Source: Desulfosoma sp. (GTDB taxonomy: Bacteria > Desulfobacterota > Syntrophobacteria > Syntrophobacterales > DSM-9756). Taken from it: 64,000 bases of DNA. Within the stretch, counting starts at the first letter, position 1, and the number at the start of each line of letters is the position of its first letter. Positions 10,325 to 19,756 of this stretch are shown piece after piece. The notes below the pieces were generated by a model. It made no database searches and was not told the DNA's origin. It saw only the letters and a list, made by a program, of their open reading frames with translations. The translations under genes and the position numbers were made by a program. The stretch is taken from the NCBI GenBank assembly GCA_037481835.1, contig JBBFKW010000006.1, forward strand, positions 32,001 to 96,000. The letters are read 5' to 3'.

Positions 10325-11086
10325 ATGAGCGGAAGCGCACATTCGGAGCATGCGGAAAGCAAGGTCCGTTACGGCATGGTCATCGACCTGGACAAGTGCA
10401 CGGGCTGCGGAGCCTGTTCGGTAGCCTGCCAGCAGGAGAACAACGTCTCCTTTCGGCCCGATGAAAGCGACAAGCTGCGCACCCTGTCCTGGATGACCCT
10501 GTATCGGTTGGAAAACGGGGCGGATTGGCCCGACTACCGGGCGGCCATGCTACCGCGACCGTGCATGCATTGCGACTCGCCCCACCATTCCCCGTGCACC
10601 TTTGTGTGTCCCGTGAACGCCACCATCCGAGACGAGCACACGGGGATTGTGGACCACGTGGCCGTGCGCTGCATCGGCTGCCGTTACTGCATGGTGGCCT
10701 GCCCGTACCATGCGCGTTCCTTCAACTGGTGGGATCCCAAATGGCCCAAGTCCATGGAAGCCATGCTGACCCCGGAGGTGAGCCCGCGCATGCGCGGTGT
10801 CGTGGAAAAGTGCACCTTCTGCCACCACCGCCTCAACCTGGCCCGCGACCGGGCTCGGCTCAACGGCGAAGACCCGGACGGTGTCGTCTACACCCCGGCA
10901 TGCGCCGAAGTGTGCCCGACCGGGGCCATCACCTTTGGGAACCTGAAGGATCCCAACAGCGATGTGGCCAAGTTGGCCAAAGACCCCAGGGCCTTTCGCA
11001 TTCTGGAAAAACTCCACACGGAACCCAAAGTCTACTACTTGAGTTCCGCGCAGTGGATACGGCGTCAATCGGACAACGGTCTGTGA
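10325..11086 (+). CDS. qrcC: 4Fe-4S ferredoxin subunit QrcC (NrfC/PsrB family)
   Basis: YGMVIDLDKCTGCGAC, CMHC, CIGCRYC, EKCTFC. Confidence 0.9.
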   Translation: MSGSAHSEHAESKVRYGMVIDLDKCTGCGACSVACQQENNVSFRPDESDKLRTLSWMTLYRLENGADWPDYRAAMLPRPCMHCDSPHHSPCTFVCPVNATIRDEHTGIVDHVAVRCIGCRYCMVACPYHARSFNWWDPKWPKSMEAMLTPEVSPRMRGVVEKCTFCHHRLNLARDRARLNGEDPDGVVYTPACAEVCPTGAITFGNLKDPNSDVAKLAKDPRAFRILEKLHTEPKVYYLSSAQWIRRQSDNGL

Positions 11087-11123
11087 TCACAGGGGCACCT
11101 TTAGAATCTTTCAGGAGTCAGTC

Positions 11124-12365
11124 ATGGATAAGGCATTGATACCGGAAGGTGTGAAACGTTGCCCGCTGCCGGTCTTCGCCCTCTGGATGCTGTTTTTGTT
11201 CGCCGTAATCGCTTGGGGGATCTACGCCGGCTTGACCGTGCTCATCAAGGGGTTGAACGTCACCGGCTTGAACAACTATTTCGGGTTCGGGCTTTACATC
11301 ACGGTGGATTTGGGGATCATCGCCTTGGGCGCCGGGGCCTTCTTTTCCGGTTTCATGTATTACGGCCTGTCCCGATTCTTCCCCAAGCTCAAGGAACTCC
11401 ATAAGATCATCAACCTGGCGGTCATTGTGGGTTTTTGCTGCTACACGGGCGCCCTGCTCGTGCTCTTGCTGGAAATCGGGCAGCCCCTGCGGGGTTGGTT
11501 TGGCTACTGGCACGCCAACGTGCACTCCATGCTCACGGAAGTCATCTTCTGCATTTCGTGTTATGCGATCGTGCTGGTCATCGAGTTCGTGCCCATCATC
11601 TTGGAAAACCGCAAGTTGGACGCCGTTAAGTCCTTGCACATCTTCGGCCACAACCTTCATGAAATCATGGCCATCTTCGCCATGACGGGCACTTTCCTGA
11701 GCTTCTTCCATCAAGGCTCGCTGGGCGGCGTCCCCGGCGTCATGTTCGGCCGGCCGTTCGCCTACCGCACGGGGTTCTTTATCTGGCCGTGGACCTTTTT
11801 CCTCTTCACCCTGTCGGCCATGGCCTGCGGTCCTGCCTTTACGGCCCTCATCTGCCGCATCATCGAAAAAGTCAGCAACAAGAAGCTGGTGGACCGCAGC
11901 GTCTACGAACTCATCGCCAAGATCACCGGAAGCCTCCTGCTCATCTACCTCATCCTCAAGACCCTGGATACGCTCTACTGGGCCTTGGACACGGCTCCCG
12001 GATTCGGCTTGAAGTTGAGCGACTTCTATCGAGAGCCCTACGGCATGTGGCTCCTTTTTGCGGAATTGGGCCTGTGCGGCGTCGTTCCGGTCCTTCTCCT
12101 TCTCACCCCCAAGACCCGCAGTTCCAACGGGCTTCTCTTTCTCGGCTTTTTCCTCAACTGCGCCGGGATCGTCATCAACCGGTTCGCCATGACGGTGGAA
12201 GCCCTGGCGATCCCCGTCATGCCCTTCGACCAGTGGGCGGTCTACATTCCCACGTGGGCCGAATGGGCGCCGTGCGTGGCCATGTTGGCGTACGGGGCGG
12301 TGATCGTCTCCTTGTCCTATCGGTATCTGCCCATCTTCCCGAGAGAAAAGGAACTGAACCCTTAA
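11124..12365 (+). CDS. qrcD: NrfD/PsrC-family integral membrane subunit QrcD
   Basis: MDKALIPEG start, about 10 TM segments, FLSFFHQGSLGG, YIPTWAEW. Confidence 0.9.
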   Translation: MDKALIPEGVKRCPLPVFALWMLFLFAVIAWGIYAGLTVLIKGLNVTGLNNYFGFGLYITVDLGIIALGAGAFFSGFMYYGLSRFFPKLKELHKIINLAVIVGFCCYTGALLVLLLEIGQPLRGWFGYWHANVHSMLTEVIFCISCYAIVLVIEFVPIILENRKLDAVKSLHIFGHNLHEIMAIFAMTGTFLSFFHQGSLGGVPGVMFGRPFAYRTGFFIWPWTFFLFTLSAMACGPAFTALICRIIEKVSNKKLVDRSVYELIAKITGSLLLIYLILKTLDTLYWALDTAPGFGLKLSDFYREPYGMWLLFAELGLCGVVPVLLLLTPKTRSSNGLLFLGFFLNCAGIVINRFAMTVEALAIPVMPFDQWAVYIPTWAEWAPCVAMLAYGAVIVSLSYRYLPIFPREKELNP

Positions 12366-12535
12366 ATTCGCTTCCGCCTGAAAAGTCGGCATCGCTCTTT
12401 ACGGGGAGCGCCGGCCCGTTGCGGGCCCGCTCCCCGTCGGTTTTGCGGTCCGCGTTTGGGTTTGACACGCCCCGTTGCGGGTGTTACCCTTCGGCGGTTC
12501 GGACCCATTCATGACGGCTGAGGCGACGGTTTCCC

Positions 12536-13324
12536 ATGCGACCCGAAAAACCCCGGTTACTGGACTTTTTTGAAAGCAACCACCACCTGAAGTTGGTCCT
12601 CTCCCTGACGGTGCTCTTTCTTCTGATCCTCGAGACCTTGATCTACCTCACGGCGGCGAGCCAGGCGGGCCAACGCACACGGCTGATCATCACCAACACG
12701 GAAGGGCAGAAGATCTACGAGACGACGGGCAGCACGCTGTCGAGCTACGAAAAGATGGTGTTTGAGAGCACCTTCGGGCCCCTGGATAGATACCGCATGC
12801 ATTTGCAGAGCGAAGAGCGGCCGTTTCCTTTTCGGGCGTGGCTTTCCGCCGCCATCGGCGTCCCGGTGGGCCTCATTTTGATCATCGCCTTTGCCATCAA
12901 AGCCTTTCTGAACCTGCTTTACGGTGACCCGGAACATCATCCTGAGGCGACCCCGCACCCTTTGCCCCAGGAAGGGCGGTTCACGTCCCTTTTTGAAATT
13001 TTCAAAGGCATTTCCGTCTTCCACGTGGGCGTTCTTGTCGTCGTCGGGGTGGTCCTTTTTTGGATGGTGCCCAACCTTTTGGGCGACTTCGGCCGTGTAG
13101 CCTGGGCGTTTCTCAGGGAATACAAGATCCTGGTCTTCGGAGGCGCCCTTTTCCTGGCCGGATTGCTCATTTGGATCATCTACCTGCGCTACCGACTGTC
13201 CAAGCAGGTGCTCCAAAACCAAGTGGAAATCGAAAAGCTGCGACTCGAATACCATCGCACGTCCGAGGGCAGGCCGCTGGAACTCTTGACGGCTTCGCAA
13301 ACCGAGCCCCGCTCCGACGCCTGA
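12536..13324 (+). CDS. Hypothetical membrane protein (about 4 TM)
   Basis: 262-aa ORF with hydrophobic segments; no family recognised. Confidence 0.7.
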   Translation: MRPEKPRLLDFFESNHHLKLVLSLTVLFLLILETLIYLTAASQAGQRTRLIITNTEGQKIYETTGSTLSSYEKMVFESTFGPLDRYRMHLQSEERPFPFRAWLSAAIGVPVGLILIIAFAIKAFLNLLYGDPEHHPEATPHPLPQEGRFTSLFEIFKGISVFHVGVLVVVGVVLFWMVPNLLGDFGRVAWAFLREYKILVFGGALFLAGLLIWIIYLRYRLSKQVLQNQVEIEKLRLEYHRTSEGRPLELLTASQTEPRSDA

Positions 13325-13347
13325 GGTTCACGGGAAAGGATCAGCCC

Positions 13348-13797
13348 ATGCTGTTCAGCCGCCTATTCAAAAGAAGAAAAGAAGAGCCCCAGGAGAAAAA
13401 GCCCGACATCAACCAGGGCATTTTCTACCTTTACTTGATCATCGGGTTGCAGGTGCTCTTCGTCTTCGGCCTGATGGCCGTCATCATCACGTTGGGAAAA
13501 GTGTTGGCCACGCCCTTGTGGGTCTTTTTGTTCAGCCTGGCCGTCGGGGCGACGGCCTGCTACTACATTTATAAGAAGGCGCAGCAGCAGTTCCGAAAAC
13601 TTCGAGAAGCCTTAAGGCATGTGGATCTTTCGGACCGAAACTATGAAATCAGCTTCATGGGCGGCGTGCTCACCATGAAGGTGGAACACAACCCCCGCAA
13701 GCTCCTTGAAGACCATTCCAACGCGGTGGTGGACGCCGAAGCCTTGGAGGCGTCCGCGGCCGCCATTCCGCCCAAGATCGCCGGCCTTTCCCGGTAA
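13348..13797 (+). CDS. Hypothetical membrane protein (2 TM)
   Basis: ATG 13348 after GAAAGGA; MLFSRLFKRR..., two hydrophobic helices. Confidence 0.7.
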   Translation: MLFSRLFKRRKEEPQEKKPDINQGIFYLYLIIGLQVLFVFGLMAVIITLGKVLATPLWVFLFSLAVGATACYYIYKKAQQQFRKLREALRHVDLSDRNYEISFMGGVLTMKVEHNPRKLLEDHSNAVVDAEALEASAAAIPPKIAGLSR

Positions 13798-13806
13798 ATC
13801 GCCGCC

Positions 13807-15486
13807 TCATTCCTCATCCGGCTGGAGCCGGGTGAGGCTCATGCCCGGCAGGGTCGGTTCCTTCCACCGGGTCAGGACCGTATCCCTGCGCCAGTGCAGA
13901 TCGTCTTTTTGAGGGTGATCCACGTTGTAGTGCAGCCCACGGCTCTCCTTCCTCGCCATGGCGCACCGCACGATGAGTTCCGCCACGAGCGCCAGGTTCT
14001 GCAATTCCACCAGATCGGGGTGCAGGGGGATATTGGGCAGATGCTCCTTGATTTCCATGCGCACCTGCGCAATGTGGAGGCTCGCCAGGTGGAGCCGTTT
14101 GTCCGTGCGGACGATGCCCACGTAGTTCCACATGAGCCGACGGATGACGTCCCAGTTGTGGGCGATGAGGACCATCTCGCTCTGGGCGCCGTTGCCGGCC
14201 GTCGTCTCGATGGCCACCTGCGGCACATGGGGATAGCCCCTTTTCTGCCATCGCCCCAGGTTTTCATTGCAGTGGACGGCGGCCCGATGGGAAAAGACGG
14301 CGGCTTCCAGAAGGGAGTTGCTGGCCAGGCGGTTGGCACCGTGCAAGCCGGTGCAGGCGCATTCGCCGATGGCATAGAGGTTCTCGATGGAGGTTTGGCC
14401 CCACACGTCCGTCGCAATCCCGCCGCACATGTAGTGGGCCGCCGGCACCACCGGAATGGGATCCTTGGTGATGTCGATCCCCAAGCTCAAGCACTTCTTG
14501 TAGATGTTGGGAAACCGTTCTTTCAGGAAGTTCGCGTCCCGATGGGTGATGTCCAAATAGACGCAGTCGTCTCCCGTTCTTTTCATTTCCGTGTCAATGG
14601 CGCGGGCCACCACGTCGCGGAAAGCCAAATCCTTTAACGGGTGGTATTTGGCCATGAAGGCGTGCCCGCGTTTGTCGATGAGTCGGCCGCCTTCACCGCG
14701 GACGGCTTCCGAGATGAGAAAATTCTTGGCGTGGGGGTGATAGAGACAGGTGGGGTGGAACTGGACGAATTCCAGGTTGGCCAGGGCCGCTCCGGCCCGA
14801 TAGGCCATGGCCAGCCCGTCCCCCGTGGCCACATCGGGGTTGCTCGTGTAAAGATACACCTTGCCGGCCCCGCCCGTGCACAGCAGGGTGGCGTGCGCGG
14901 TGAAGATATGGACTTCCCCGCTCTTTTCGTCCAACACGAAAGCGCCCCAGCAGCACTGCCGCTGCTGCACGGCCACGGACCCGACCCGGATCGCCTGATA
15001 ATCGATGATGAGGTCCAGGGCCAAATGATTTTCGAAGATGGCCACGTTGGGGTGCGATTCCACCGCCTCGACCAAAACCCGTTCGATGGCCTGCCCGGTC
15101 ATGTCCTCGGCGTGGACGATCCGGTTTCGGCTGTGTCCCCCTTCCCGGCCCAAGTCGAACAAACAGTTGGGGGTGCGACCCTTGGAAAAGGGAACGCCGA
15201 TGGAGGCCAGCTCCTGGATGCGTTCCGGAGCCGACCGCACCACCAGCTCCACCACCTCGGGTTTGCTCAGCCCATCGCCCGATTTGAGCGTGTCCTCGAT
15301 GTGCAATTGGAAAGAATCGTCCGGTCCCAAAGCGGACGCGATCCCGCCCTGAGCGTAGTTCGTGCTCGTCTCCAGTTTGTCCTTTTTGGTGACGATGGCC
15401 ACCGTGGCGTTGCGAGCGACCTTCAGGGCGAAGGTCAACCCGGCGATACCGCTGCCGATGACGAGAAAATCGAAACGATGCTCCAT
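13807..15486 (-). CDS. nadB: L-aspartate oxidase
   Basis: IGSGIAGL, TNYAQGGIA, REGGHS, QFHPT, LISEAVRGEG, GLHGANRLASNSLLE. Confidence 0.96.
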   Translation of the reverse strand: MEHRFDFLVIGSGIAGLTFALKVARNATVAIVTKKDKLETSTNYAQGGIASALGPDDSFQLHIEDTLKSGDGLSKPEVVELVVRSAPERIQELASIGVPFSKGRTPNCLFDLGREGGHSRNRIVHAEDMTGQAIERVLVEAVESHPNVAIFENHLALDLIIDYQAIRVGSVAVQQRQCCWGAFVLDEKSGEVHIFTAHATLLCTGGAGKVYLYTSNPDVATGDGLAMAYRAGAALANLEFVQFHPTCLYHPHAKNFLISEAVRGEGGRLIDKRGHAFMAKYHPLKDLAFRDVVARAIDTEMKRTGDDCVYLDITHRDANFLKERFPNIYKKCLSLGIDITKDPIPVVPAAHYMCGGIATDVWGQTSIENLYAIGECACTGLHGANRLASNSLLEAAVFSHRAAVHCNENLGRWQKRGYPHVPQVAIETTAGNGAQSEMVLIAHNWDVIRRLMWNYVGIVRTDKRLHLASLHIAQVRMEIKEHLPNIPLHPDLVELQNLALVAELIVRCAMARKESRGLHYNVDHPQKDDLHWRRDTVLTRWKEPTLPGMSLTRLQPDEE

Positions 15487-15633
15487 GGATGGGTCCTTTC
15501 CTCAAAGGGGCGTCCACACCCGACGGGCCGCACGGTCCGGGCCCGTTCTTGACAGGCGCGACTCTAGTGCATTACAGAGTAGGAGTAAAGTATTGGAAGA
15601 TCAAAAACTTTTTGACAAGCCACCGAGTCGCTC

Positions 15634-16353
15634 ATGACCCCTGTGCCGCCCGATCTTGCAGAAAAAACCGATTCTTCGCCGCCTCTTTTCGCCCCGGGTC
15701 TTCCCGCCGTCGTCGTCTTTGATTGCGACGGCGTCCTTTTCGATTCCCGGGAGGCGAACATCCGGTTCTACAACCATGTCATGGAGCGCTTCGGCCGCCC
15801 GCCCCTTCGAGCGGACCAAGTGGACTATATCCACATGCATTCGGCACGGGAGTCCCTGGAGTACCTCCTGGGTCCGGGCGCCGATCTCGAGGCGGCGTGG
15901 GAGTATTGCCAGAGCCTGGATTTTCGCATCTTCAACCGGTACTTGCGCAAGGAACCGGGTCTGGACAAGCTTCTCCATTACCTCAAACCCCGATGCAGAA
16001 TCGCCCTCGCCACCAATCGAACGGTTTCCACGCGGGATCTCCTCGCCTCTTTTCACCTGGAGGGCGCTTTTGATCTGGTGGTGACCGCAGCCGACGTGGC
16101 CCGTCCCAAGCCTCACCCGGAAAGCATGGAAAAGATCCTCAAGGTCTTCGGCACCGTAGCGCACCATGTCCTCTTCGTTGGAGATTCCCAGGTGGACGCC
16201 CTTCTGGCGGAAGAAACGGGTGTGGTCTTCGCCGCCTACAAGAACCCGTCCTTGCCCGCCCACATCCATGTGCCGTCCTTTGGGTACCTGCAAGCCGTTT
16301 TGGCCAAGTCCCTGGATGCCGCCGCAGTGAGGGCGCGCCCCATCCTTTCATGA
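15634..16353 (+). CDS. HAD-family hydrolase (phosphoglycolate phosphatase-like)
   Basis: FDCDGVLFDS, ATNR, KPHP, FVGDSQVD motifs. Confidence 0.88.
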   Translation: MTPVPPDLAEKTDSSPPLFAPGLPAVVVFDCDGVLFDSREANIRFYNHVMERFGRPPLRADQVDYIHMHSARESLEYLLGPGADLEAAWEYCQSLDFRIFNRYLRKEPGLDKLLHYLKPRCRIALATNRTVSTRDLLASFHLEGAFDLVVTAADVARPKPHPESMEKILKVFGTVAHHVLFVGDSQVDALLAEETGVVFAAYKNPSLPAHIHVPSFGYLQAVLAKSLDAAAVRARPILS

Positions 16354-17135
16354 ACCTTTTGCACGGCCGTTTTCAAGGGCTCTTCCTTGTGGGCACGTGC
16401 CATCGGGATCCGCGTGGGCTTCGACGCGCGAACACCCTTTTGGATCTTCTCGCTCCCGACGTGGTTCTGGTGGAAGTGAGCCCTTTTGCGGTTTGGATCC
16501 GAAGCGAACACCGCAGGTTTTTCCTGGAGCTTTTTCAAAAGAATCTCAGGGCCGCCGCGGCGGCGCACGGGATGAGCCTCCCCGTCGCCCTCCGCGTGCC
16601 CGCCGTCCGGCACATCCCCATCCAGTGCGCCCTGCCCTTCGAACTGCGCGCCGCCCGGCGCCGGCACGCCTTGCGGGGAACCCCTTATTTTTGCGTGGAC
16701 CGAAGCGATGCAAGCCGCCTCTTTGTATCGGATTGGCCGAACTGGTTATCCTCGAACAATCTGAAAAGCCTTCTTGCATCGAGCGCCCCGGTGCCGCCTT
16801 CGGTTGCCGAAGAATACGGCAGGGCTCGAGCCGCCCTCGCAGGGCTCACGTCGCCGGCGTATCGTTTCCGCGGGCCGGACGGGGCCGTGTGGGAGCGCAG
16901 GGAGCGGTTTCTGGAACACGCGGTGCGGGCGACGCTCCGGGTGCTCGCCCCCGAACGGCTCGTCTACCTCGGCGGATGGACTCACGTGGTGCCGAACGAC
17001 GGCTTGAGCCTGTTCGACAGGCTCCGCGACTTGGCGCCGACAAGTCTCCTTCTGGACGACGTCGACCGGATCGAAAAGGCGGATCGGATGCCCTCGGCAC
17101 AAGGGATGGAACGATCCCGACCGCCGCAGCCGTAA
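16350..17135 (+). CDS. Hypothetical protein, possibly TraB/GumN-like fold
   Basis: ATGA overlap with the HAD gene; LVGTCH...PDVVLVE...RE...YLGGWTH pattern. Confidence 0.55.
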   Translation: MNLLHGRFQGLFLVGTCHRDPRGLRRANTLLDLLAPDVVLVEVSPFAVWIRSEHRRFFLELFQKNLRAAAAAHGMSLPVALRVPAVRHIPIQCALPFELRAARRRHALRGTPYFCVDRSDASRLFVSDWPNWLSSNNLKSLLASSAPVPPSVAEEYGRARAALAGLTSPAYRFRGPDGAVWERRERFLEHAVRATLRVLAPERLVYLGGWTHVVPNDGLSLFDRLRDLAPTSLLLDDVDRIEKADRMPSAQGMERSRPPQP

Positions 17136-17246
17136 AGTGTGCGGCTTGCGCATTGCAATGGGGGGTTCTTTTTGTTATGAAGGATACGTTGGTGGAAAGC
17201 CACCGGCTCCAAGGGCTAAGGCCGTGTTTGTGGGCCGACCAATGCG

Positions 17247-17517
17247 CCCTTGGTCGTGCTAGGCGGGGAGCTAGCGGTTCCCTGTACCCGAAATCCGCTC
17301 AGCGGGGCTGAATCCCCTTTCGAGGGACCGGTTGGGGCGACCCGATCGGAACTGCACCGTCGGTCGGACACCTCGCAACAGACGGATGTGAACCCCGTCA
17401 GGTCCGGAAGGAAGCAGCGGTAAGCATTGCGGTCTGTGTCGAGGTTCATTCTGACTGGACGCTGCAGGGAAGTCGGGCCGGCCCTCATCGACTCGACAAA
17501 GGGTGCACGACCAAGGG
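17247..17517 (+). ncRNA. ffs: Large (Alu-domain-containing) signal recognition particle RNA
   Basis: Helix-8 signature TCAGGTCCGGAAGGAAGCAGC; 5' Alu-like GTGCTAGGCGGGGAGCTAGCGGTTCCCTGTACC; termini CCCTTGGTCGTGC/GCACGACCAAGGG pair; T run follows. Confidence 0.93.
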
Positions 17518-17563
17518 TCTTTTTTTGCCCCTCGGCCGCCTTTTCGATCGTCCCCTTTCCCCC

Positions 17564-18016
17564 TCAAACATCCAGGGTGTGGCTCACAATGTTGTAATGT
17601 TCGGCAAAGACCGGGCCACGCCCCTTGAACATGCTCACGTGGGTGAGCACCCATTCGGCCACTTCCAAGCGCTTGGATTCCGAAAGGGCGTTGAAACAGG
17701 CGAACATGGCCTCTTCCGTGGGAGCCTGCTCCATCTGCCGCCAAATATCCGAAGGACTCATGCTCTGCTCCTTGTCTTCTTCCCGTCGGGCCCGCATCTT
17801 TTCCGTGGCTTCCTTGGCCTGGGCAAGAACGCCGTCCAGGTCTCTTTTGAGAGATTGGACGACCCGCTCCAGTTCTTCCAAGGAGTCGCATCGCACAAGC
17901 GTCTGGCCGGAGGGCTGAGGTTCGGCCCAAAGGAGCGCAAACGACAAGGGCGACCCATCGGGGCGATCCGGCGTCTCAGCGACCTCCAAGCGGAGCGACA
18001 CTATCGGTTGACTCAT
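17564..18016 (-). CDS. Hypothetical protein
   Basis: 150-aa ORF with RBS-like AAAGGAAA and a coiled-coil-like middle; no family recognised. Confidence 0.7.
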   Translation of the reverse strand: MSQPIVSLRLEVAETPDRPDGSPLSFALLWAEPQPSGQTLVRCDSLEELERVVQSLKRDLDGVLAQAKEATEKMRARREEDKEQSMSPSDIWRQMEQAPTEEAMFACFNALSESKRLEVAEWVLTHVSMFKGRGPVFAEHYNIVSHTLDV

Positions 18017-18389
18017 TGGCTTTCCTTTCCCATGGACGAAAAAATTTCCCCGTCTTTTGCCGTCAAGCTAACGCCTCCGGGAGGCCGTGACAAGCGCCGC
18101 TTACCATCTTTGTCTTTCTTGTCCCACCGCAAAAAAACGCTTGATCCCGCCTTCGACTTTCCTCAAGCTCCAAGATGTGGCGGCCCCTTCCCCCTCAGTG
18201 AAATCGTGGGGCCGGATCTTTGGCATGTTTTTCTCTATCCATGAGCCTAAGCGGAGCTGCGCGTGTGCCGCTGCGTAAGTTTCATGGAAGCCGACTCCAT
18301 GAGAAAGATCCCGTATCCCGGGCAAGCCTGCTCATACGGCGCTTTCATCGGCGGGCCGGCCCGCTTCAGGAAAATCCCCGAGGACCATT

Positions 18390-19733
18390 GTGGAAAAGCT
18401 CATGCACGCCGACCATAGCGGTATTCCGAGCAGAAGCTGGACTGGGCCTTCCGTCGCTCTCCTTTGGGACCAATCCCTCGTCTGGGGCCTCTTGGTGATC
18501 GATGCCCTGGAAGCCTTGTGCGTTCCGTACCGTCCCCTTCGCTCGGCGCACATTCGATCGGGAGCCTTATCCGACCACGGCCTCCTCATCGTCCCCGGGG
18601 GCTGGGCCAGCCATAAAGCTCGGGCGCTCGGCTCGGAAGGTCTGCAGCGGATCCGCGACTTCGTGCTGCGTGGAGGGGCCTATGTGGGGTTTTGCGGTGG
18701 TGCCGGCCTGGCCCTCGACGGCTCGGCTTCTCTCAACCTCGTCCCCATCGTGAGAAAAGCCCTGAACCGCCGCCTTCCCAACGCCAGCGGCGAAGTCTGG
18801 ATTGAAGGCGATGCGAAACATCCTTTTTGGAAAGGCATCCCCCCGAGAATTCCTGTGTCCGTCTGGTGGCCCTCTCAGTTCGCTTCCGACGACGGCGCGG
18901 GGGTGGAATGTGTCGCTCGGTACGCAGGCCCCGGAGAGGATTTTTGGGTGGCGGATTTGTGCGCCGCCGATGTGGCGGCCACCGGCGGTTCCTGGAAGGA
19001 TTGGGAAGGATCTTACGGGATCAACTTGGACCCCGGGCTGCTTCAAGGCCAGGCGGCGATCCTGAGCTGTCGGGTGGGCGACGGGCTCGCCGTCCTGTCC
19101 TACCCTCACCTGGAAACGCCCGACGGCTGGGGACGGCGGCTCCTCAACAATATCCTTCGAGTCCTCCAAAGAGAATGTCCTCAAGAGGCTCCCCGAGACC
19201 CGGTCCCGGAACCTCCAAGCCTTGCAGCGTATCGAGCCATGCAGGCCGCCTTCGAGGAGTTCCGGTCCCTCATCGCCTTCGGCGAACGACATCTTCTATG
19301 GCGGTGGCGCCGTCCCTGGGTGCTCCAATGGCAAAGAGGCGTTCGCGGGTTGGAATACGGCACCCTCTATGTCTGCCTGCGTTTTGTGCTTTCCCACTGT
19401 CTCCGGGAAAAGCTCTCTTCGCACCCTGCGCACTCCTGGGAAGAACCCGCTGAAACCCTGCTCCGCTCCGCCGGGCTCTTTTGCCGACAGGCCCGAAGAC
19501 TTCTTCTGGAAGAGAAGGCGGCGAGCCACAACGGGCCTGTAGGGAAGCTCCAACCCGTCAACCCCACCGTGGACACCCTGCGTCAGGCCCTTTTCGGCCG
19601 CGGCATGAGCCATGCCGGTCTCTCCCAGGAGCTTTTCGACAGCTTGGATGTCTTGCTCTATCTTGCCGTGGAACGCCGCCGACACCACGGCCGACCGTCC
19701 CGGTCCCTCTGGACCGAGGAACCCGGCGTTTGA
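18390..19733 (+). CDS. BPL-N (class I glutamine amidotransferase-like) domain protein
   Basis: LLIVPGG...IRDFVLRGGAYVGFCGGAG and SYPHLE motifs; start uncertain. Confidence 0.7.
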   Translation: MEKLMHADHSGIPSRSWTGPSVALLWDQSLVWGLLVIDALEALCVPYRPLRSAHIRSGALSDHGLLIVPGGWASHKARALGSEGLQRIRDFVLRGGAYVGFCGGAGLALDGSASLNLVPIVRKALNRRLPNASGEVWIEGDAKHPFWKGIPPRIPVSVWWPSQFASDDGAGVECVARYAGPGEDFWVADLCAADVAATGGSWKDWEGSYGINLDPGLLQGQAAILSCRVGDGLAVLSYPHLETPDGWGRRLLNNILRVLQRECPQEAPRDPVPEPPSLAAYRAMQAAFEEFRSLIAFGERHLLWRWRRPWVLQWQRGVRGLEYGTLYVCLRFVLSHCLREKLSSHPAHSWEEPAETLLRSAGLFCRQARRLLLEEKAASHNGPVGKLQPVNPTVDTLRQALFGRGMSHAGLSQELFDSLDVLLYLAVERRRHHGRPSRSLWTEEPGV

Positions 19734-19756
19734 CGCCGAAGCCTTCGGGAGCGCTC

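Noticed and set aside
17216..17488. Short ORFs over this interval
   Set aside because: The region is explained by the SRP RNA
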